27,580 nt of DNA from Eledone cirrhosa (lineage: Eukaryota): NCBI GenBank assembly GCA_964016885.1, contig CAXHJY010000677.1, positions 1-27,580 on the forward strand, read 5' to 3'. Positions 1 to 11,423 of this stretch are shown in pieces (position 1 is the first letter of the stretch; each line of letters opens with the position of its first letter). Under the pieces are notes generated by a model. The model searched no databases. It saw only the letters and a list, made by a program, of their open reading frames with translations, and was not told the DNA's origin. Made by a program: the position numbers and the translations under genes.

Positions 1-2
1 CT

Positions 3-1004
3 CTGGATGAGTTCAATATCCTCCTGAATAACCTACACCCATCTCTCCAATTCACAAAAGAGATGAGTAGGACCAAATTACCATTCCTAGATATAATGAT
101 AATCAAAAACGACACCACCATTACCACGGATATATATTATAAACACACAGACACCCATCAATATCTGAATTTTAAGTCGTGCCATCCACCTCATACAAAA
201 CGCAACATCCCATACTGCCTAGCCAGAAGAATTTGTACCATTGTAGAAGATACGAATACCAGGTACAAACGCCTAACAGAACTAAGAGAATTTTTGCTCA
301 AACAAAAATACCCATCTCTACTTATAGAAAATGGCATACAGCGGGCTATAAAAATACCTATACAACAACTTAGAACAACCCAAAGAAGAAGAAACCAAGA
401 ACTGGTCATACCATTTATAATGACACACAACCCATGTCACCAGAATATCTTCAACACTGCCAAAGCAAACCTACCGATCATTGCTCAAAGTAATGAATTA
501 AAAGGCTTAATCACAGATCGATCTTTGACTCTTAGTAAAAGACAGCCAAAAAATTTGAAGCAATTGCTAACAAAAGCAAAGTTTGACCTTAACAACAAAG
601 ACGAATCATTCACTGTATCTAAATGCAATGATAATCGATGCGGCACATGTCAATCCATACACGCCGGTCAATATATGAAAACAAAAACTGGAAAAATATT
701 CACAAATGCAAATATGAACTGCAAAAGCAGAAATCTAATTTACTGCATTAAATGCCCGAATTGTGAAGAACTATATGTCGGTCAAACTGGAAATGCACTA
801 TCGGAACGTGCACGGGTACACCGTCAACAAATCAGAGACCCAAATGTCCGTCAGATACCCCTAAGCGGCCACCTGGCAACATGTGGTCAGGGAATATTTA
901 TAATATTCCCATTCTACAAATTACACAGCCCAAATGAAATCAAGAGAAAAATCAAAGAAAAGAATTTTATTGATAAATTCAAACCCAAGCTAAATGAACA
1001 ATAA
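3..1004 (+). CDS. Penelope-like element polyprotein, C-terminal part (end of RT, thumb, Cys linker, GIY-YIG endonuclease); 5' end outside window
   Basis: Frame is open from base 3 (LDEFNILLNNLHPSLQFTKEMSRTKLPFLD). PLE motifs: LPFLD, TDIYYKHTDTHQYLNFKSCHP, linker CNDNRCGTC, NLIYCIKCPNC..LYVGQT...RARVH...H, terminal FKPKLN. Confidence 0.95.
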   Translation: MDEFNILLNNLHPSLQFTKEMSRTKLPFLDIMIIKNDTTITTDIYYKHTDTHQYLNFKSCHPPHTKRNIPYCLARRICTIVEDTNTRYKRLTELREFLLKQKYPSLLIENGIQRAIKIPIQQLRTTQRRRNQELVIPFIMTHNPCHQNIFNTAKANLPIIAQSNELKGLITDRSLTLSKRQPKNLKQLLTKAKFDLNNKDESFTVSKCNDNRCGTCQSIHAGQYMKTKTGKIFTNANMNCKSRNLIYCIKCPNCEELYVGQTGNALSERARVHRQQIRDPNVRQIPLSGHLATCGQGIFIIFPFYKLHSPNEIKRKIKEKNFIDKFKPKLNEQ

Positions 1005-1171
1005 TAACGCCTAGGGGTATTACTTCTACTACCACTATGACCACGACCACTAACAACAACAACAACAACAATAATAATAATAATAAAAGTGATGTTGATG
1101 GTGATGATTAATAGAAAATGCTATTTTCATCATTTCAAAAAAGCAAAACAATTGATACGTTGGATATGACT

Positions 1172-1346
1172 ATTGGTCGTTAGCATGCTCAACCAGCCGT
1201 GACGCTTAAACCAATCAGCTGTAGTAATTCAGTGAAACTACACACTGATTGGTCGAAATACAGTTTACAGGGCTTTGCATTCTGGAGCCACTTTTCTCTG
1301 TATAAAATGTATAAAAGGTAGGAAATTTACCCATCTCATTACAGTT
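1172..1346 (+). promoter_or_regulatory. Putative Pol II promoter in the PLE pseudo-LTR
   Basis: CCAAT at 1211-1215, ATTGG at 1172-1176 and 1248-1252, TATAAAA at 1301 and 1310, initiator-like TCATT/ACAGTT at 1336-1346. Confidence 0.45.
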
Positions 1347-1379
1347 GAAAATTGCAAACTCGACTGTCACCACATATCA

Positions 1380-1418
1380 TGAACCTGAAGATTGCGAAAG
1401 CATGAAAGTACTTGTTCA
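1380..1418 (+). ncRNA. Minimal type I hammerhead ribozyme
   Basis: tgaac-CTGAAGA-ttgc gaaa gcat-GAAA-gtac-TT-gttca. Stem I tgaac/gttca; palindromic stem III (GTAC). Confidence 0.8.
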
Positions 1419-1532
1419 ATTAACACTTAGAATTTAATATTCTATCATACTATTTCATTATAATACCATTATATATATTTTAAAGGATTGTAAATAAAAC
1501 GAGTAAATCAGACAAAGTTGGAATTCCTCTTA

Positions 1533-2052
<520 letters not shown>

Positions 2053-2054
2053 CT

Positions 2055-2155
2055 GTGTGTAAGTATCCTAACTCCCCCCTCCTCTCCCTCTCTCTCCCTA
2101 TATATATATATGTATCTGTATGTATATATATATATATGTATATATAATATAATAT

Positions 2156-2216
<61 letters not shown>

Positions 2217-2320
2217 ATATTATATTATATTATATACACATATATATATATACATACAGATACATATATATATAGGGAGAGAGAGGGAGAGGAGGGGGAG
2301 TTAGTATACTTACACACACA
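2055..2320. repeat. Inverted repeat flanking a (TA)n tract
   Basis: aagtatcctaactcccccctcctctccctctctctccctata..tatgtatctgtatg (about 2055-2150) recurs reverse-complemented at about 2230-2320. Confidence 0.85.
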
Positions 2321-2791
2321 TATACACACAAGGAATATGAAAGAGGGGACAAAAAAAGAGGTTAATTTTTTGTACGTTTTTTTGTTTCTTCCTAATAGTA
2401 TCAAATACAGATTATAAATCGTGTTATTGCAATATTGTGCTTGTAAATACTCTCTATGATACATTTCTCTGTCTTCTGTTCTATCTTAGTTCAATGGAAA
2501 ATGAAAATCATAATTTATTCATTCATATGTATATGTGAGAAAGGGAGTTCACTATGTATGTGTGTCAATATATTTGCGCAAATCTGTGAGAACGTATTGC
2601 TTAGTTTTTGCATTTGTATTTGTACCTGTTAAATTGAGCTGGACGTTATTGTAAATCTAATGTGTCTGTTGGGTTGATACATTGTAACTAAGAAACGTAT
2701 TATATTTATGCAGAAAGAAGAAGCAAAATATAATTTAATAAATATATAAATATATTTGCTTAATATATTGCATTAATAACATATACATGTG

Positions 2792-2796
<5 letters not shown>

Positions 2797-2888
<92 letters not shown>

Positions 2889-2913
2889 CACGCATACATA
2901 TATATATTCACAG

Positions 2914-2960
<47 letters not shown>
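2797..2960. repeat. Compound microsatellite (TA)n(GA)n(CA)n(TA)n
   Basis: Direct reading. Confidence 0.95.
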
Positions 2961-2962
<2 letters not shown>

Positions 2963-3074
2963 TTTATACCTATACATATATAATTTATCAAGCTCCTCAA
3001 GTAAGGTGATTTTTTAAAGTTGTTTTACTGTCAATATTTACGATTCTAGTTCGCTAGATTGCCTATGATTAAAT

Positions 3075-3256
3075 ATTGTTTCTACTTTTGTCACAAGGCC
3101 AGGAATTCCTCCAGTGCATTGCTGGTACTTTATTTCATCGACCCCGTAAGGATGAAAGACAAAGTTAACCTCGGTGGGATTTGATCTCAGAACGTAAAGG
3201 GCCATAAAACTATACTGCAAAGCATGGCGTCTGACGCTCTACCGATACTGCCGATC
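3075..3256 (-). mobile_element. tRNA-derived SINE, family A
   Basis: Minus strand: A-box-like CGGCAGTATCGG, B-box-like GAGATCAAATCC, central tttcatccttacggggtcgat..aaataaagtaccag. Several copies in the window. Confidence 0.85.
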
Positions 3257-3688
3257 TAACACCCTAGAAAATTTGAGTGAATGTACAATGTGTTGCGGTT
3301 CTTCTTATTTACCTGTCACGTCCTCACCACTTCTATATTGTAAATATTTCGAAGTATATTCAGTTTGATCGCTCATTTGCCAATAGTCTCCCATTAAGAA
3401 AATTTGCATTTGCCACTACAGTTGAACTTCTGAGTTCAAAATCCTACCTGATCAAATTCTCATTTCATCACTCCGTCTTTGTTAATATAAAGCATAAACC
3501 CAATATGAAATCAACTTTTCTGTTCCTCCAAATTCGAAGGTTGTGTAGCTATCTATTAAATCAATATTTAAACAACAGTGAGTAAATGCTACTTTTAGAT
3601 CTACTGATAAATCCCACTGCACTTTACTAAACGCCCATCACAAATGTTGCAGATATCTGAACTTTTGAGGCTCTAACATAAGATTAGT

Positions 3689-3917
3689 GGAGCGGCGTAG
3701 CCTAGTGGTAAGTGTGTTGGACTTACGATTATAATGTCATGGCTTCAATTCCTGGACTTTTACGTTGCTCCAGTATACTCTGCTGAAGATGTGTACCAGC
3801 ATTAGCTGGTGGTTTAACTCTGCAATGGACTGCAGCTTTGTACTCTCAGTGGCTTCACACCACGAAAACCTGGATAAACACCAGCCTAATGAGCCGCCGG
3901 GCTTGAGACAGACTTTA
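3689..3917 (+). mobile_element. tRNA-derived SINE, family B (degenerate, V-domain-like body)
   Basis: A box TAGCCTAGTGG, B-box-like GGCTTCAATTCC, body taactctgcaatggact...gcttcacaccacgaaaacc..ggataa...cagacttta resembling aquatic-animal SINEs (recalled). Confidence 0.6.
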
Positions 3918-4395
3918 GAACTTAGGATTGAGCAAAGAATCGAGTTTGTAAGAGAAGACCTGTATTAAACACAAACAGTCATATAAAGAGAAGCAGTTGT
4001 TCATATATTATGGTATTCGAACCTATGTTTGACACCTTAGGACAAACCACATTGTCCATACAGTGAAACGTAAAATCATTCCATAATTATAAGGGAGTAC
4101 GCTTCAATGTAGTTAAATGCCTCTACATTTGTTATCATGGTAGGATATTACAGATGTTAATAAATACCTGAATTTGTGTAGAACTTTACTGACTGTAGAA
4201 GATAAAAGACGTTCAATAAAAGCAGATGTCAAGAGATGAGAAAGTAGGCGCAGTTTCATAACATTTTTATCAATCAACTGAGAGATACATTGCTAATTTC
4301 CTGTCAGTTGTTTTCTTTTTTTCCACTCGCTGATCGAAGCCTAAAACCATGAAATTTCAATTGTGATGTATATGTGTAAACACACATACACGCAC

Positions 4396-4398
4396 ATA

Positions 4399-4493
<95 letters not shown>
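4396..4493. repeat. (TA)n microsatellite at the 5' truncation point of a PLE
   Basis: Direct reading. Confidence 0.95.
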
Positions 4494-4495
<2 letters not shown>

Positions 4496-4528
4496 AAGAG
4501 TTAAACAAAACATTCTACAACCAGTAAC

Positions 4529-5089
4529 ATGGCTCAAAACATCGCCAAATTAAACACTAAAATCTTAAAACAAAACCACCATAATGATATTAATAATAGA
4601 GTTAACATAAATGATACTAAACCTAAATGTAATTGTAGAAATAAAACTGATTGCCCTTTGCAAAATAATTGTTTAGATAGTAATTTGGTTTATAAATACA
4701 CCGTAAAAACTGATCACAATACATACAACTACATAGGATCCACTTCTTCCACTTTTAAAGCCAGATTTGCGAACCATAAATGCTCATTCTCGAACTCAAA
4801 GAGGAAATCATCCACGTCTTTATCACAGCTCAAATGGTCATTAAAAGAGAAGAATTTAAAATACTCCATTCTTTGGACAAAACTTCGGAACTGTGGAGTT
4901 TACCACAACTCTGGTATATCAAATAACTGCGCACTCTGTACAATGGAGACCCTGTTGATTATTAACAACTACGAGACCCTAATTAACAAAAGAAGTGAAT
5001 TATTCTCTAGTTGCCTCCACAAAGCTACGTCCACATTCTTAGCCTCCCACAAAACGAGAAAAAAAGAGAGAGAAACATTAAACCATTAA
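4529..5089 (+). pseudogene. PLE C-terminal GIY-YIG endonuclease domain (truncated polyprotein)
   Basis: CNCRNKTDC (CxCx5C), NLVY...YIGST...FKARFANH, CALC, LINKRSE..SCLHK; no CCHH finger. Confidence 0.9.
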
Positions 5090-6480
5090 AAACCTGGTTG
5101 TCAGACGTATAAAAATCAACACGGAAAAACTTTAGTGGTCTTTAATATTGCACTATCTTATAACTATCTATAGAAGAAATAACGCTCGAATGAAAGACAC
5201 TTGTTCAATAACATGCCGGAACATTGATACACATAACATTATTCTGTTAACTTTGATCCATACCATTATTTCTTTATTTCTCTATCCTTGTCTTCCTATT
5301 TAAGTTTTTAATTTGAGTTTTATATCCAACCCTTGCATCTTTACTGAACTTATTTATAACTGTGAATTTTTCATGCGTTTCTGATCTCTTATTTATAATA
5401 TGTATGTAATTATATTTTCTATGTTTTTAAATATACCTATCGCATTCTTATATCCATGATTCAAATATAAAGCAAATATCCAAATTACAAATTATTATAA
5501 ACATTATTTCGAGCTATGAATTATCCATGTATTTATTATTGTTTTTCTTATATATATATATATGTATTTAACTTTAACACGTAGAACTTTATTATATAAA
5601 ATTATAACCATTATCGTGTACCTAAAGTATACTGTATCACTAATACATAATATAAAATATATCCATATATAACTCCCAAGTATCTTTATATACATAATTT
5701 TCAGCTAACTTCTAAATTTTTTGATTGTTTTTACTTTTAGGAATAATTAATACATGTACACATGGGTATATATTTAGTTTTAACATGCCTCAACCTATTC
5801 CTTTATTTTATTTTTATTTTATTTTCATTATCATTTACCTAAAATATACTGGCTCATTAATTAATTAATATATATCTATATACATAACCGTTATTTAAAT
5901 GTTTCTAACAATAAGTACTTCAAAAGCTTTATATACCTAATACGTTGACAATAACTAACTTCATTAAAGATTACATTTAGGAAAATATTCAACAGTGTAA
6001 AATTTCCTTAATAATGGCCAGCTAAACCCTTTTAATCTTATCATCAAAAAATTCAGAAGCTTAGAAATGTTAACACACTTATAAAATTTACAAAACTAAT
6101 ATATAAATAACCACCAATTTAAAAAAAAAAAAAAAAAAATATTGATTCTTCACCCTAAGATAACATAAATTAAATATTTTCAAACTTAACCGTTTAACTT
6201 TCGGAAAAAAAATCTCCTTCTGCCTACATTACCCCCTTCTCTCACTGACTGTTATAATTCATGAAATGCTTTCCTAGATAAATTGTAGTATCATACATAT
6301 TAAAATCTCTATAACTGGTACATTAAGCAACGTTTTTCTTACTCACACATTCTCTATTGAATTTATTACGTGTTCGCATTTTCTCATTATTAGGGTATAA
6401 ATGTTAAATTTTCTCTTAGGTTAATCACTACCTTGATTAAATCTTAACCATTTAACATCTCAGAGTATGTCATATATCAT

Positions 6481-6539
6481 TATATTTTGTCTGATGAGGA
6501 CGTACTGTTGTACATCCGAAATATGTATAATAAAATATA
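6481..6539 (+). ncRNA. Type I hammerhead ribozyme
   Basis: tatattttgt-CTGATGA-ggacgtac tgtt gtacatcc-GAAA-tatgta-TA-ataaaatata; 10-bp stem I. Confidence 0.9.
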
Positions 6540-6577
6540 ATTGATCAAAATAACATCTATTTTATTAATATTTATAT

Positions 6578-7204
6578 TCTAATATATATATATATATAAT
6601 ACTCAAAGTCTGTGAATGCTTACTTGCTTGCTTATCTGTTATGTAATACCGCCAAAAGGGCGGATAATGGGAAAATACTTTGAAAGAAATGGGAATACAA
6701 ATGGAATAAAACAAGTTTCACATAAATCGGACCACGGGTTCCCTAAATATGGGGTTTTTCTGTGTACTTTCATAAACAGAGAAAATTACAGTGAGAAAGA
6801 GATAGTGGTTGTGAGAGAGTAGATTGAGAGAGAGACATAGAGAGGGAAAGAGAAGTAGAATGGAAGAGAGAGATAGAGAGGGAGCCAGTGGAGGTGGAGT
6901 TGTGTATATATATATATATATATATATTTGAGTGCGTGGATGTGTCTATGACCAGCATATATAGATCACAGACATCCACATATATATTTACACACACACA
7001 TACCTATATATATATATATGTATACAAACACACACATTTATATATATACATACGCACACATATATATATGGGCCTTCCAGTTTCATTTCACATTATATAC
7101 ATGTCTATGTATATTTTAATTATTTAAAAATTATTTTTAAGTGAACATGATTTAAAAAAAATATTTTGAAGTGGACGTGACCCAACAGGTCACGAGTGGT
7201 CTAG
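6578..7204 (+). mobile_element. Probable non-autonomous Helitron
   Basis: 3' hairpin cgtgacc-caaca-ggtcacg (7176-7194), then CTAG (7201-7204) and T. Candidate 5' TC followed by TA-rich sequence; internal microsatellites. The 5' boundary is uncertain. Confidence 0.55.
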
Positions 7205-7210
7205 TATATA

Positions 7211-7358
7211 TAGTAATAATAAATATGAGGACTAAAATCCGAAGAAGATTGGTAAGGATTGTATATAAACATAATAAAAAAAAGTATATATAAACCTGTA
7301 GAGCAAATATTTATTATTAGTACAGATTAAAGTTTAAGCAAAGAATCGCTGCTTTCAT
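7211..7358 (-). mobile_element. PLE-type 3' end fragment truncated inside its hammerhead
   Basis: About 7326-7357 is the reverse complement of 10661-10692; 7212-7260 resembles 9711-9770. Confidence 0.65.
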
Positions 7359-7779
7359 CCCATATATATTTGTGTGTGTGGGGGAGGATATAAACTTAAC
7401 TCTATTCGGGTTATATCACCTTTTCGTGTTACTTGATTTTCACACTTTGGTTTCCTGTCTAAAGTTTAGCTGTCCAGTCTTACTGCATCTTTGTAGAGGA
7501 CCGGGTTATTATGAATGGTGTAGATATTACTGCCAGAATGTTTTCATTTCTTTCTAATTTTTCAGGTTTCAAAATTATGAATGTATGACAAATATTTTCC
7601 AACTGAGAATAGAATCTACATAATTTTCATTAGACAATGACGAGGGAATTTGATGCTTTGGGATGACACTGATAATTTCGACAATGAATGGCAAATTACT
7701 ATTACTGATACGAAGATGGAAGCTTGGTTATCCTTTTTAAGAAAGACTACCCTGCATTGATGATATTCATTTTTTGTTG

Positions 7780-8705
7780 TTACAGTAAAACGATAGGTTC
7801 TAGAACATCATTTTTATGTGTGATTGTGGAACTTTTCGGATATACATAGAGCGCACTTAGGTACGGGGAGGCTGCATCCACGATAATTCGGATTATTGGT
7901 CATTTTAGTACCCACTATTTTTTTTCATTTGTAGATATATTGAGACAGACATTTGAGATTTGTTCTACCTTTGAACCTAAATGAATGTATTCGTTAATTT
8001 TATCGGATCATCAATGCGTTTTCCACAATCCTATGTTATACTTGCCGTGACTACCACAACATCGAATCACAAGATTAATCGAATATATAATTCTAAAGGT
8101 TTAGTTATTGCAAGTTAACTGTTTGGTAGGTCATTGTGAGTCTTGGATTCTGATGTGAGATCTTAGAACCGGTGCTATCTAGGTAACTTTAGTTACACTT
8201 AATATTATTCACAGTGAAGATTGTGTGAGACTTACGTGTGATTGGAAATGGTTTACTTAACAGAGGCATTGAATTCCTGTTTATGATTCACACTATGGAA
8301 TAGCTTCAACCAAATTGTGTTTCTCTTCCGATGGAGGGGGTGTTACTTTTACACAATTTTCTCACAGATGCAGATTCACTAAGCGCTTTGATGATAGTTA
8401 AAATATCCCTGAGAATAGGCGGGAAAATTTCCTACTTGCGCTCTCCACAAAACGTCTACCTAAGGAGGTTGCGTATGACACAAGTATAACAACATCTGAT
8501 GTTAGCCAATGAAAACCGATTTAGAGGGTGTACGCATTGGACCATATCAATTCCTTTCATTCATTTTTCTGATGCGTGAATGATTCCGCGTGGCGATAAA
8601 TTTCGAACAGCGATAGAGTGATTCATCAGCTTCTTCCGAACAAATACACCGTACAGCTATTAAATGCTACTACGTGTATGAAGAAATCTTTTTCTCGTCT
8701 ATGCA
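7780..8705 (-). pseudogene. Decayed PLE ORF (Hydra-like thumb plus GIY-YIG)
   Basis: Minus-strand remnants with stops and frameshifts: RN.IWSN, KPFPITRKSHTIFTVNNIK, HSFRFKGRTNLKCLSQYIYK, KCALCISEKFH. The last two are colinear with the 4529 ORF. Confidence 0.7.
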
Positions 8706-8826
8706 CACAAACGTGTTGTATATATCTATTTGTGTGTGTATCTATATAAATATGAGTATGTGTGTCTGCATATTATAGAATATATATATTTATATGTATG
8801 TATATATATATATAAATATATATATA

Positions 8827-9309
8827 ACGAAGAAAATGTGGTAAGGAACCAGATGGACCATAACGCACCAGAATACTCAATACTTGGGATAGTAGAGTGG
8901 GTAATAGGAAAAAGTATGACCCCGACGGCAGAGCTCAAGCCGATTCGACGGATATTTCTGGACGTGAAGAAACTTGAACAGGGTGGAAAAGTTGGGATAT
9001 GGTGTGGTAGAGTCTGAAAGTGCTCTACTACGGAGATAGGAGCTAAATAATTGTTTCTACTTTAGGCACAAGGCCAGTAATTATACCAGTGCATTACTGG
9101 TACTTTATTTTATCGACCCCGTAAGGATGAAAGGCAAAGTTAACCTCGGCGGGATTTGAACTGAGATCATAAAGGGAGGTAACTCTATGCTTCAAAGCAT
9201 GGCGCCCGACCTTCTACTGATACTACCAATCTTATAAAGAGATAGGAGCTAAATAATGTCCAGAAATAGCCGTCGAAACAGCTTGAGCTCTGCCGTCGGG
9301 GTCATACTT

Positions 9310-9313
<4 letters not shown>
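8827..9313. mobile_element. (TA)n-flanked asymmetric inverted-repeat element, family C, interrupted by a SINE
   Basis: About 8908-8963 is inverted at 9258-9313. Related copies at 20929-21068 and 27010-27152. Carries GAAA-cggc..gccg-TC, a hammerhead 3' half. Confidence 0.8.
9049..9238 (-). mobile_element. SINE family A, full length, with 19-bp target-site duplication
   Basis: TSD gagataggagctaaataat at 9033-9051 and 9239-9257. Confidence 0.9.
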
Positions 9314-9379
<66 letters not shown>

Positions 9380-9435
9380 CTCTATATGTGTGTGTACAGA
9401 GAGAGAGGTAGGTAAAGGAGATGTATATTATATAC

Positions 9436-9466
<31 letters not shown>

Positions 9467-9520
9467 TATCTTGGTATATAAACAAATATAAATCCATATT
9501 TAATAAATACACTATCTCAT

Positions 9521-9589
9521 TTATTCATTCTGACGACTGAGGACAGATATATATATCTGCCTTCAAGAAACCACTGGTAAATGAAATAA
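9521..9589 (+). ncRNA. Type I hammerhead ribozyme in a short element (about 9470-9682) ending in (TA)n
   Basis: ttcatt-CTGACGA-ctgagg acagatatatatatctg ccttcaa-GAAA-ccactgg-TA-aatgaa. Confidence 0.75.
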
Positions 9590-9679
9590 TTATCTTATGT
9601 TGTTTATTACATAACTAAAAAGCTCTGTAGCCTACATAGAGCACTCTCTTTTCCTGTACCTTTCCTACAGAAATACTTC

Positions 9680-9714
<35 letters not shown>

Positions 9715-10092
9715 ATAATAATAAATTTGAAGACTAAAATCTAAAGAGGGCTCCATAAGGATAAATATATATCAAATATACATATATATATATATATATA
9801 TATTTATTTATATATACATTTTTATGTGTATTTGGTGTATGCATTCGTATGCGTGCGGGTAAAGGCGTTGCGTGGGTTCTGTATGTGAGTGCGGGGGGTT
9901 GGGGGGGGGTGTACGTGCCTGTATTTGTATACCTATGGCGAGTGTTTTCGCGTATGTTGTGTATGTACGTATATGGATGCGTGTATGTATTTATTTAATT
10001 TCAATTACCTCTGTATTTTATTTACTTTATTTTACTTTATTTTATTTACTATTCTTAACTCTGAAGCCGAGAATCATTCGGTTTCCTAGTTA

Positions 10093-10560
10093 GAATTTTA
10101 GTCTACGACTTCAGTTATACCATTTACGTGGTTTTGTCTTTGCGTGCAATTGTTCACCCCGCTCCACATATGACGTATTATCTTCGTTTTCTCCGTTCAT
10201 TGCCAGAGAACGTCTCTATGAACCACCTAATAGAATATTAGTCTACGACTTCTTTTATACCATAAACGTGATTTTGTCTTTGCGTGTAATTGTTTTTCAC
10301 TGCTCAAAATAATTGTTTCTACTTTAGGCACAAGGCCAGCAATTAACCAGTGCATTACTGGTACTTTATTTTATCGACCCCGTAAGGATGAAAGGCAAAG
10401 TCAACCTCGGCGGGATTTGAACTCAGATCGTAAAGTGACGTAACTATGTGGGAAAGCATGGCGTCCGACCCTCTACCGATACTGCCAATCCACCACCAAA
10501 TAATGACGTATTATATTCGTTTTTTCCCGTTCTTTGCCAGGGAACGTTTCCACGAACCAA
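10093..10560 (+). repeat. About 140-bp tandem duplication, second unit split by a SINE
   Basis: agaattttagtctacgacttc...gaacca at about 10093-10227 repeats from about 10232, resuming after the SINE at about 10505. Confidence 0.8.
10311..10490 (-). mobile_element. SINE family A, full length
   Basis: Minus-strand A box TGGCAGTATCGG and B box GAGTTCAAATCC; short aaataat duplication at the flanks. Confidence 0.9.
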
Positions 10561-10637
10561 AGTATCGTCTTCCTGTCTTCCTCCGGTTGCAACGTTTTTT
10601 GAAATAATCACTTCTGCGTTCACAGATTGACTTTGTT

Positions 10638-10687
10638 AGTTTCAGAAGATCCGTTAAGGGTGAAAGCAGCGATTCTTTGCTTAAACT
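10638..10687 (+). ncRNA. Hammerhead ribozyme with a mutated core (CAGAAGA)
   Basis: agttt-CAGAAGA-tcc gttaa gggt-GAAA-gca..tgc-TT-aaact, about 20 nt before (TA)n. Confidence 0.6.
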
Positions 10688-10703
10688 TTAATATGTTATT
10701 TTA

Positions 10704-10858
<155 letters not shown>

Positions 10859-10910
10859 GACTGGACACTTTCTTGTTCACAAGTGTTTTTAGGCCTCATA
10901 TCATGTTACC

Positions 10911-10982
10911 TTATTTTTACTGATGAGAACACAATTTTTGTCCCAGGATGATGTTGTTTTCGAAATGCGCATAATAAAATAT
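10911..10982 (+). ncRNA. Type I hammerhead in a (TA)n-flanked mini-element (about 10856-11019)
   Basis: tattttta-CTGATGA-gaa...ttc-GAAA-tgcgca-TA-ataaaata. Palindromic stem III; stem I imperfect next to the core. Confidence 0.75.
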
Positions 10983-11014
10983 ATGGAACTTTTTTAACGA
11001 TCTTTTAATTTCTT

Positions 11015-11082
<68 letters not shown>

Positions 11083-11330
11083 GGGATAACAAATTATCGT
11101 TTTAGGTAGTCCACTTAGATGTAGTCCAGTTAGAGTACTCCGAAGAGTGGATAGTATTAACGCTTGGCTAAGTTTGACTCAGCAAGACGTTTCCATAGTG
11201 ATGCTGCGAGCACGCGGTGATTTCTATGTAGTTTACACTTGGAGTAATAATAAATCAAGAAAGAAGAGTGACATGGTTTGCTATACAATGTGAATAAAGC
11301 CCTTATTGTATAGCCCCTATTGTATAGCCT

Positions 11331-11420
<90 letters not shown>

Positions 11421-11423
<3 letters not shown>

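Larger units (their letters stand above)
1..1537 (+). mobile_element. PLE (Neptune/Nematis-like) 3' portion with 3' UTR/pseudo-LTR ending in (TA)n
   Basis: ORF above, then about 530 nt of UTR carrying a hammerhead, ending at the (TA)n tract near 1537. Clade call rests on the Cys linker and CCHH motif and is recalled, not computed. Confidence 0.9.
4494..6577 (+). mobile_element. 5'-truncated PLE, Hydra-clade-like, with about 1.5-kb AT-rich 3' UTR
   Basis: Starts right after (TA)n, contains a GIY-YIG ORF, has a hammerhead near its 3' end, and ends before (TA)n. Confidence 0.8.

Noticed and set aside
2655-2710. Possible decayed hammerhead (CTGTTGG...GAAACGTA)
   Set aside because: Two core mismatches and a weak stem I.
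3277-3585. 102-aa ORF
   Set aside because: No recognisable motif, non-ATG start, no convincing exon borders.
3689-3755. tRNA gene
   Set aside because: Only A and B boxes; no full cloverleaf, and it continues into a SINE body.
4144-4239. Exon-like open stretch DITDVNKYLNLCRTLLTVEDKRRSIKADVKR*
   Set aside because: Weak acceptor and ends in a stop; cannot be linked to the exon chain.
8590-8640. Minus-strand CTGATGA...GAAA hammerhead-like core
   Set aside because: Stems I and II do not pair, and it lies inside decayed PLE coding sequence.
11178-11244. Minus-strand catag..ctatg-GAAA-cg-TC in a (TA)n-flanked island
   Set aside because: No recognisable CUGANGA core; possibly a decayed member but not supportable.
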